A stretch of DNA of 64,000 bases, from the NCBI GenBank assembly GCA_048571215.1, contig CP182352.1, forward strand, positions 3,328,001-3,392,000, given 5' to 3'. Source of the stretch: Halarcobacter sp. (GTDB taxonomy: Bacteria; Campylobacterota; Campylobacteria; Campylobacterales; Arcobacteraceae). Shown piece by piece: positions 56,321 to 64,000 of this stretch (positions within the stretch are counted from its first letter, which is position 1; each line of letters begins with the position of its first letter). Made by a program: the position numbers and the translations under genes. The notes beneath the pieces were generated by a model. The model ran no database searches. It was not told the origin of the DNA and saw only the letters and a program-made list of their open reading frames with translations.

Positions 56321-58179
56321 TATTTATCTCCTTTTACTTTTATTTCAATTGCATTTTTTACTCTTTTAGGAGTTGCATCATCTTTAGCCCATCTTGATAA
56401 TACTTCTTTAGCCCATTTCTCTGTTGAAATTATAGGAATCAAAGGAGCTGGTCTATTTTTAGGTGATATCCCATCTAATATTTGAATAAATATATTTGAT
56501 AAACTTGGATAAGCATTCACAATATGATAACATCGAAGAATAGAAACTGAACTTTCTTGTTCTCTAGCAATATGTTTTCTTAAACGAACAAGTAATTTAT
56601 TTGCTTGTTCTTCTCCTAATAATTTAATTTTAGGAATTAACATATTTTGGAAGTTTTTTATATTTAAAAGAGCATCAAATATCTCTTGAACTTCTAAAGA
56701 GAGTTCATCAATACCTACTAAAGATACATTTATATTTCTACTTAAATATAGGAAGGGACGTAAATCAATATCATTAAGTAAAGGTTTTATTTGTATCCAC
56801 TCTTGAATAAAACTATCATCCCAACTAGTATCAGGAGCTTTATAATCTTCCCCATTCTTTTGACTTTCTTCTAACTCAGTTAAAAACTCTGGTTTACCTG
56901 TCTTACTCTCATAAACTTTTTTAGATAAAAACTCAAATGCTGCTGTAGATGCACATCTTTCAAATATTTGTATTTTTACTAGTTCTTCAAAAGAAATACT
57001 CATTTCATGAGACTTAGCAATCTTCTCTCTAATAACTAAATTATTCAAAAAACGTTTTATTAATCTTGGATTACCAGCTAACTGATTAGAAGTAGCCATA
57101 ATAGCTGCTAATTGATCTGCAATATCTATCTCTTTTAATATTTTTGTATCTTTATTAAATGCTTCATACATGTCATTATGAGTAAGACCACCAAGCCATG
57201 GTTGTTTAAGTTTTTTTAGAATTTTTTCTTTTGCAGCTAAATAAGATTCTTTTGTTATTGTATTTTTTCTAACTGCCAAATCTGTTAAAAGTAAAATCAA
57301 ATAAGCTTTAACTTCATTAATACCTAATCTTGGCACTTGAAGAGGAACTTGAATTAGTTTATCAAAATAGCTTGTCACAAGTTCATCATCAATTTGAGCT
57401 GCAGAAAAATGTGCATGTACAGCATTTCTAATCATCTTCTCATCAGCTGCAATGATAAAAGCTGTTCTAGGTAAAAATAAAAGTAATCTCATAGCTTCTA
57501 GTGTTGAAATTGCCGTATTTGGCATACATCTATCTAAATCATCTATTAGAACTACTAGTTTAATATTTAATTCTTCCAAAATATCTTGAAAGTTTTTTCT
57601 TAAACTATTAACTTCTTTAGGTAAAGAGGTCATATCTTCACCTTTTATTAAATCAGATAATGCAGGTTCAACCTCTAGATACTTTTCATGTAGCTCTTGT
57701 ATTTGTTCTTGTGAAGGAGTAGCATTACCACTAAATAAACCACCAATAGAACCTATAAATGCTCCAATTGGTCCACCTGTAACTCCACCAATTGTTGCAC
57801 CAGTTATGGCAGGTGCGGAAAGCTTTATAAGCTTAAACCAATTAATTTTTTTTACTAGTTTTTTTACTTTTTCTAATAATTTCTCATCAGTTTGTGCTTT
57901 TTCAAGAAGTTTATCTGATACAGATTGTAATAAAGCTATTTTTGCTTCATCAAAACCTTGATATAGCCAGGCATTGAATTCAAGAAATATATATTCTGTA
58001 TTTTCTTCACTAAGTTCTTTACCTATCATTTTTACTAAAGAAGATTTTCCACTCCCCCAGCTACCAGAGATACCAATAGATAATGGTTCATTTCCACTAT
58101 CTTTAATTAGTTCTGCTGCAACTTTTGATAATGACTGAAAATTTAATAAATCGTTAGTAGTTTCAAGATCGTGCCACAT
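56320..58179 (-). CDS. qatA: Qat system KAP-family P-loop NTPase
   Basis: MWHDLET..DLLNF, GSWGSGKSS, FNAWLYQGF, IDDLDRC, YFDKLIQVP, GNPRLIKRFLN. Confidence 0.93.
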   Translation of the reverse strand: MWHDLETTNDLLNFQSLSKVAAELIKDSGNEPLSIGISGSWGSGKSSLVKMIGKELSEENTEYIFLEFNAWLYQGFDEAKIALLQSVSDKLLEKAQTDEKLLEKVKKLVKKINWFKLIKLSAPAITGATIGGVTGGPIGAFIGSIGGLFSGNATPSQEQIQELHEKYLEVEPALSDLIKGEDMTSLPKEVNSLRKNFQDILEELNIKLVVLIDDLDRCMPNTAISTLEAMRLLLFLPRTAFIIAADEKMIRNAVHAHFSAAQIDDELVTSYFDKLIQVPLQVPRLGINEVKAYLILLLTDLAVRKNTITKESYLAAKEKILKKLKQPWLGGLTHNDMYEAFNKDTKILKEIDIADQLAAIMATSNQLAGNPRLIKRFLNNLVIREKIAKSHEMSISFEELVKIQIFERCASTAAFEFLSKKVYESKTGKPEFLTELEESQKNGEDYKAPDTSWDDSFIQEWIQIKPLLNDIDLRPFLYLSRNINVSLVGIDELSLEVQEIFDALLNIKNFQNMLIPKIKLLGEEQANKLLVRLRKHIAREQESSVSILRCYHIVNAYPSLSNIFIQILDGISPKNRPAPLIPIISTEKWAKEVLSRWAKDDATPKRVKNAIEIKVKGDK

Positions 58180-58208
58180 TAAATACCTTTCATATTATAT
58201 ATTTACTA

Positions 58209-59933
58209 TTATATATCCATTATTTCAAAAATTTTACTTTCTAAGCAATTTTTTCTATTTTCTATAGAAGTAACATTCCACTCCATAGGATAATCAGCAA
58301 TAACTTTTTTAGTCATATCAAATGCTGTTACACCTGTATCATCTTCAGAATATTTACCTTTTCCTTTATAAATATTGATTTTTATATTATAAGGATTATT
58401 ACTTGCAGAAATATTTTTTGAACCACTCAATAGAGTTAAATTACCTAAACTATGTAAATATCTATTTACTTCATCTATAGTAAATTTATTTTTCCAATCA
58501 TCAAATTCATTCCAACCAATTGGTAAAATATGTTCTGTATGAATTGTATTATCTAAGTGAATATACGCTAATTTTGCATCATCTGTTATCCTATATTCTA
58601 TAATTGTTAATAAAGGCTTTATCCATGCTGTATGATAAACATCATTACTATTAATCACCTCTTTAACTTGTTTTACAATATTATCTTTTTCAAGTTTATT
58701 ATTTAAACTAGTAGTTATATAGTTTATATGCTTTTTATCTTTTATCCATGAAATCATATTAAATGAAATTTGTTTAATATGAGATAGTGTTTTTCCTGAC
58801 ATCCAATTTAAATAATAAAATCTTCTAAGAGCAATTTGTAACTCATCATAATATTCATAGTTTGTATGTAAGGCTGTAAGTAAAATACTCTTCCAATATA
58901 CTGTCCATCTTAAATACCAAAAGGAATAAAGTATTTTATCTTCCTTGTCCCAAATCTGATTTTTATAGGTATTAACAAATTCTGAAAAATCTTTTATAGT
59001 ATCATTAGGATCTTGTTGTTCAAAAATATCTTGCAATTCATCAGAAAGTGATTTTTTTGGATTTCTAGCAATTAAATAATAAAGATATACTGTAAACATA
59101 TCATTCATACTGTCACTTGTACCTGTTAATAAGTTTTCTAAACGTCTCCACTCAGCAATAAACTCGTTTTCATCTTCTATCCTCGCTTCAAAATTTTCAC
59201 CCTCATCAACATATTTTTTTTCTATTTGTTCTAATAAAAAGCTTTTTACTAAATCTGATGCAGTAAGGTCCATTCCCCTATCATTTAAGACTTGAAATAG
59301 TTTTATTGCAAAACTTCTATCTTCACAATCTATTCTAATTATTGACACTTTATTAAATAAATATTCAATTAAATCTCCTGATCTATCTTCACCAATCTCT
59401 TCAAGTTTACTTCTTAATATATAGGCACTATTTTGGAATTTCAACTTTGGTTGTTCATCATCCTTAAGTTGATACTTATAAGGTTTTTGATGCTTTAAAG
59501 TTGAACCCTCACTTATAATATTTTGTTTAAAGTCTGCAGAATGTTGGGGATCAGTAAGTAAAGTTAGTCTTTGATCACCAAAATTAAATATGGCACTGTT
59601 AATATGCTTTGTATTAATAGTATTTTTATTGTTATTAATATTAGGATATAAATCTCTTAATACGCATAACAATATCATTAAAGTTGTTAACCTTTGTTGA
59701 CCATCAACAATATCAAATCTATTTGAACCAGTTTGAGGAGCAGCAGTAATTATTGAACCTAAAAAATAGTTTTTTGATTCATTCACAAATGATTCAGAAA
59801 TATCATCCCATAACTGTTCAATTTGTTCATCTAGCCACTTATATGGTCTTTGATATTTAGGTATTCTATAAATAGAATCTGTATCCATAAAAAGTTGCTT
59901 TATTGTTCTTGATCTTGGTGTAAATAATTCCAT
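58209..59933 (-). CDS. GmrSD-like DUF262-DUF1524 (HNH) modification-dependent nuclease
   Basis: IPKYQRPYKW, YFLGSI, VDGQQRLTT, FQVLNDRG; C-terminal TEHILP..LGNLTLL..N. Confidence 0.88.
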   Translation of the reverse strand: MELFTPRSRTIKQLFMDTDSIYRIPKYQRPYKWLDEQIEQLWDDISESFVNESKNYFLGSIITAAPQTGSNRFDIVDGQQRLTTLMILLCVLRDLYPNINNNKNTINTKHINSAIFNFGDQRLTLLTDPQHSADFKQNIISEGSTLKHQKPYKYQLKDDEQPKLKFQNSAYILRSKLEEIGEDRSGDLIEYLFNKVSIIRIDCEDRSFAIKLFQVLNDRGMDLTASDLVKSFLLEQIEKKYVDEGENFEARIEDENEFIAEWRRLENLLTGTSDSMNDMFTVYLYYLIARNPKKSLSDELQDIFEQQDPNDTIKDFSEFVNTYKNQIWDKEDKILYSFWYLRWTVYWKSILLTALHTNYEYYDELQIALRRFYYLNWMSGKTLSHIKQISFNMISWIKDKKHINYITTSLNNKLEKDNIVKQVKEVINSNDVYHTAWIKPLLTIIEYRITDDAKLAYIHLDNTIHTEHILPIGWNEFDDWKNKFTIDEVNRYLHSLGNLTLLSGSKNISASNNPYNIKINIYKGKGKYSEDDTGVTAFDMTKKVIADYPMEWNVTSIENRKNCLESKIFEIMDI

Positions 59934-60119
59934 TTAAATCCTTGTTGTAAAATGTCGGATATGTAAATATAAATTTTAATAATACATAAATTATTATCTA
60001 AATAACTTTAATATATATTTTAAATTATTATTTGATAATACGAAGAATAATTATAATATAAAAAATAAAGCTTTTTTAATATACAGTTGAAAAATAACTA
60101 AAGTTTATAGAAAATAACT

Positions 60120-60473
60120 ATGTTAGAAGACTATATTAAATTTTTATAACGTAAAATAAAAAAGAGCTATCGTTCTGTTATTGGACATTTCCCTAGCATA
60201 AAAAATGGTAAATCAATTATTTATGAGTCCCTATTGGAAAGAGACATTTATCTATCTTTTGAATTTGATGATAGTGTTGTTAGTTATTATGAATAGCCTC
60301 AAATGGAAATATAATTTAAAAATAGAGAGATAACATATAGTTTGGATTGTTATATTGTAAGAGATAAAGAAAAAGAACTGAAAGATTCTATTAGTGAAGT
60401 AAAATCATATTTGTTTACTAATGAACTTACAATGAAATCTTTAGTGGAGTTAAACAGGAAAATGGGTAAATAG
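60120..60473 (+). pseudogene. tnsA: Decayed TnsA-like endonuclease (heteromeric transposase subunit)
   Basis: One frame with stops at 60147, 60294 and 60312: RKIKKSYRSVIGHFPSIKNGKSIIYESLLERDIYLSFEFDDSVVSYYE*P..TYSLDCYI..EVK. Confidence 0.8.
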
Positions 60474-60675
60474 AAGTTCTGGAGATACTTGATAAGTGAA
60501 AACTTCACTTTTTGTCATGTTTTTTACTACGACATCATAGTGACTATTCCCAAACTTATCTTCATCGAGTATTAGTTTTAAAGGAAATAAAAATTTAAAA
60601 GTATCATCTGGATTATCTGACATAAAATCTGGAATGATGTGAGAATCAATAAAAAATGATAATAGCTTTTCCTTT

Positions 60676-62005
60676 GAGACCGTTCAAAAATCTGTGTCAA
60701 GTCACCTAAAGTAACAAATCCATACTTGTTACAACTCTAAATAATTATCCAATCTCCCTTCGAAAAATATAGCAAGTTGGGAGATTGTTAAACTCCAATT
60801 ATGCACTGGCTGAGTCCATTTTACTTTTGCATTTAATATTCCCATATACAACAATTTTAAAAGTGAATTCTCATTAGGGAAAGCTCCTTTTGTTTTGGTT
60901 AATTTTCTAAATTGCCTATGTACAGATTCAATAATATTTGTAGTGTACATAATCTTTCTTATCTCTTTTGGATATTTAAAATAATAAGATAAATTCTCCC
61001 ATTTATTTTGCCAAGATTGAAGTACTATGGGATATCTTTTCCCCCATTTTTCATCTAGTTTTAAAAGCTCATCTTCTGCAAGTTCTTTTGTTGTTGCTTG
61101 ATAAACAAGTTTTAAATCTCTCATAAACTCTTTTTGGTCTTTAGAAGCTACATACTTCAATGAATTACGAATTTGATGTACAACACAAAGTTGTACTTCG
61201 GTATTTGGATATATTGTTTTAATAGCTTCAGGAAAGCCTTTAAGACCATCTACTGATGCAATTAGTATATCTTCTAATCCTCTATTATTTAAATCAGTAA
61301 GAACACTAAGCCAGAAGTTTGCTCCTTCACTTTGGGATAAATATAATCCTAATATATCTTTTTTACCATCAATTCCCATCCCTAAAACTGTGTAAACTGC
61401 TTTACTCACATACTTCCCACCATCTTTTATTTTATAATGTATCGCATCAAGCCATACAAATGGATAAATAGCTTCTAAAGGTCTACTTTGCCAAGCTTTT
61501 ACCTTATCTATAATTTTATCTGTAATAGTGCTTATTGTTGCACTTGATAATTGTATTTGATATATCTCTTCAATATGTTTTATAATATCTCTATAGCTTA
61601 ATCCTAAGCCATACATAGATAATATCTTTTCTTCTATTTCATTAGACATTGTTGTTTGGTTTTTCTTTACAAGTTGTGGTTCAAAAGAACCTGTTCTATC
61701 TCTTGGAGTATTCAATTCAAAGGAACCACTTGTTGATTTTATTGTTTTAGAGCTTTTACCATTCTTTCTATTTTTATTTCCTGCAAATACATCTTGAGTT
61801 ATATGAGAATCTAATTCTGCTTCTAAAGCAGCTTCAACTAATTGTTTTACTAATGGAGCAAGTACTCCATCTTTACCATTGATATTTTTACCTGCAAGTA
61901 AATCTTGTACAGCTTCATTAAAATCAAATTGTTTTTTCTTTTCCATCTATATCAATCCTTATAATATTTATTATATCAGACTGACACAGATTTTCTAACA
62001 CTCCC
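60676..62005 (-). mobile_element. IS256-family insertion sequence, copy 2 (1330 bp, intact)
   Basis: Same IRs as copy 1; 8-bp target duplication TTTCCTTT at 60668-60675 and 62006-62013. Confidence 0.95.
60729..61946 (-). CDS. IS256-family (Mutator) DDE transposase
   Basis: PRDRTGSFEP, VWLDAI, SVDGLKGF, QLCVVHQIRN, YTTNIIES. Confidence 0.95.
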   Translation of the reverse strand: MEKKKQFDFNEAVQDLLAGKNINGKDGVLAPLVKQLVEAALEAELDSHITQDVFAGNKNRKNGKSSKTIKSTSGSFELNTPRDRTGSFEPQLVKKNQTTMSNEIEEKILSMYGLGLSYRDIIKHIEEIYQIQLSSATISTITDKIIDKVKAWQSRPLEAIYPFVWLDAIHYKIKDGGKYVSKAVYTVLGMGIDGKKDILGLYLSQSEGANFWLSVLTDLNNRGLEDILIASVDGLKGFPEAIKTIYPNTEVQLCVVHQIRNSLKYVASKDQKEFMRDLKLVYQATTKELAEDELLKLDEKWGKRYPIVLQSWQNKWENLSYYFKYPKEIRKIMYTTNIIESVHRQFRKLTKTKGAFPNENSLLKLLYMGILNAKVKWTQPVHNWSLTISQLAIFFEGRLDNYLEL

Positions 62006-62108
62006 TTTCCTTTAATAAATATCATTTATTAGGAAGAACAATGATTTTACTATCTTCGTTTGATTATCAATGCATAAAATAAATATTGATAATAAAAACA
62101 ATCTTAAT

Positions 62109-64000
62109 TTAAATTTTCAACCTATAAACTTTTGCAATAGGAGTCATAATAACTGGTTCAAAAAGTTTTTTATCGTAGTTCTCTAATACAAAGTGTTGAA
62201 TTAACATAGAATTATAGACTTTTTCTTCTACCACTAAATACTTTCTATAACTAGACATATAAATAACTGAATATTTTCCGGTAGGGTATATATTAGAAAT
62301 ATGTTTTTTAAACTCTTTTTCTTTTGTGTATGCTGTTGTGATAAATCTTTTTATAGGGAAAGTATATTTCCCTACTTGAAGTAAGGCTTTATTTTTTATA
62401 ATTTTTACATTATTTCCTAAATCTATAGATATATTGTTTTCTGCAAAATCTACTGATTCAAAGAAGAAACTAGATTTTCTTTTTTCTCCAGTCATCAAAT
62501 CTAAATTTGAAAATAACTCTATAGTTGAATATAAACTTAACATTTTATAAGGATAGTAAAAATAAATTTCTCTTGTCTTTTTTGGTAAGTTTATTTTTGA
62601 ATTAAGTGAATCTAAAAAATCATTTGTATTTTTAAACTTATAGTCTTTTGTCATCATGGCTATATTAGGTATAACACCTTCTCTATCCTCTCTAAAGTTT
62701 GTAACATCTATAGGCATTGTTCTAAAAGCTTTTTCTGTATATTCTACATCTAGTCTTGCAAGTTTCGAAGATATATTTTGCTTATTCATAAGCATAAAAC
62801 TTACTGGAAAGCTAACACTGCCTCCATGTTTACCATGATCTGTTAATACTTTTGTATCACTATAATATCTAATAGGACAACCAAAATCCCACCAAGAAAC
62901 TACATAATCTTCTCTTGAAGCAATATTTTTTAGTTTATCTAAAACCTCTGCTTCACTATTACTAACTTCACTAGGTACTTTATATTTAACTATATGATTT
63001 AGATTGGGATATAAAGATAAAGATGTAAAGATAATTAACATTGAATAAAAAAATATTTTAGAGTCTTTTTTTATCCTCACTGTGATAAATTTAGAGAATT
63101 CATAAATAAAATATCCTAAACCCAAAGCAAAAATAGGTACAGCATATATGGAAAACCTTAATCCTCCTGATGGTATCAAATATGGGATACCATAAGCTAA
63201 CATACCTAATCCCATCAAAGGAAGAATTAAAAACATTATTCTATATCTATATATTAAAAATATCAAACCTAAAGTGGCAAATAAAAAGGAGATAAAATGC
63301 CCACTTACTCTTCTTGTAAACTCTAAAAAGCCAATATGACTTGTCTCTTTTATAGTTTGCATAGTAGTATAAAAATGAAGTTTTAACTCTTTTCCTAATT
63401 CTAAAATATGTTTTTGAAAAAGATAGTTTTCTAGTTTTTCCCAGATTGGAGTAATCCCTCCAGTAAAAACAAAGATTATACAAACTATAAAGAAAATATA
63501 AAATAGATAGTTTTTAAATATCTGTTTTTTTAGACTCAAATATAATCCTAATAAAACAATTACTTTTAATAAGGCATTTGCATATATCATAGAAAAAAGC
63601 ATTATGATAATAAGTTTTAACTCATATTTATAGTTTTGTTTTTTTACAAACAAATAAATTGTGTAACAAAATATTAAAAGAAAAAAAGCAAACTCTAGGG
63701 CATAACTTTGTGGATACCACCAACGATATGCAATAATCTCAAGACCAGTAAATAGTAGATATTTATCTTCTTTTGTTTTAAAGCTAAAACTAAAGACCAC
63801 AAAAGAAAAGTGGGAAAAACAATATTTAACATATCCGTATCATAGTATCCCACCATAGTACGATTGTAATAGCTCCATGATATAGAAGCTAATAAGGCAG
63901 ATATAAATCCAAACTCTATTTTATTAAAATTTTTTGCTAATAAAATCAAAGGGATAACTATAAGTGATGAGAAAAATATAGGCATATAAAAAATAATTGA
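62109..64000 (-). pseudogene. pglB: STT3/PglB oligosaccharyltransferase, frameshifted in this sequence and running off the window end
   Basis: SYYNRTMVGYYDTDML, WWYPQSY, TIKE, GGLRFSIY, REDYVVSWWDFG..DHGKH; frames join if the T4 run at 63776-63779 is T5; may be a sequencing error. Confidence 0.75.

Noticed and set aside
14182..62005. Composite transposon formed by the two co-oriented IS256 copies
   Set aside because: Each copy has its own matched 8-bp target duplication (AAATAATC; TTTCCTTT), so they inserted independently
1047..63483. Short antisense or overlapping ORFs in the track (e.g. 1047-1256, 2831-3163, 7192-7440, 13894-14193, 15615-15968, 18422-18814, 19163-19465, 31274-31603, 34655-34954, 38616-38930, 63247-63483)
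   Set aside because: They lie within well-supported genes on another frame or strand and show no recognisable motifs

Overview
AT-rich bacterial chromosomal window, most consistent with Campylobacterota (Arcobacteraceae-like). This is an inference from the PglB-type oligosaccharyltransferase, the TGn-TATAAT promoters and the gene content. It has four parts. (1) 1-11.1 kb is housekeeping or catabolic: a LIV-type ABC transporter, putA, an FMN glutamate-synthase-family gene and EamA. (2) 11.1-27.7 kb is a 16.5-kb tricarboxylate/tricarballylate utilisation island (usp-tctDE, two TctC, TctA-TctB fusion, PrpF-family isomerase, tcuAB, LysR, porin, RraA-family). It is bracketed by a 45-bp direct repeat derived from the 3' end of an ADP-ribosylglycohydrolase gene, and it carries six copies of a shared TGCAAG-N5-TGACAG box, each 10 bp before a -10 element. 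(3) 27.7-32.8 kb holds backbone genes (ADP-ribosylglycohydrolase, DUF2721, GT4, ycaO). (4) 32.9-62 kb is a composite defence/accessory island built on decayed Tni/Tn7-like transposons (tniQ and tnsA remnants, TGTCAT ends). It contains an unusual HsdM-HsdS-McrB-McrC operon with no HsdR, in which McrB has an N-terminal methyltransferase-like domain and McrC has a C-terminal HEPN-like domain. It also contains a repeat-flanked Kef antiporter, a candidate CsgG-like pore plus secreted beta-repeat protein cluster, and a minus-strand defence super-operon (GmrSD-like, qatABCD, Sir2-HerA, Lit-like peptidase plus small membrane protein). Two full IS256 copies and one fragment are present. The window ends inside a frameshifted pglB. 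No rRNA, tRNA or CRISPR array was seen. All family calls come from motif reading by eye; no database search was run.
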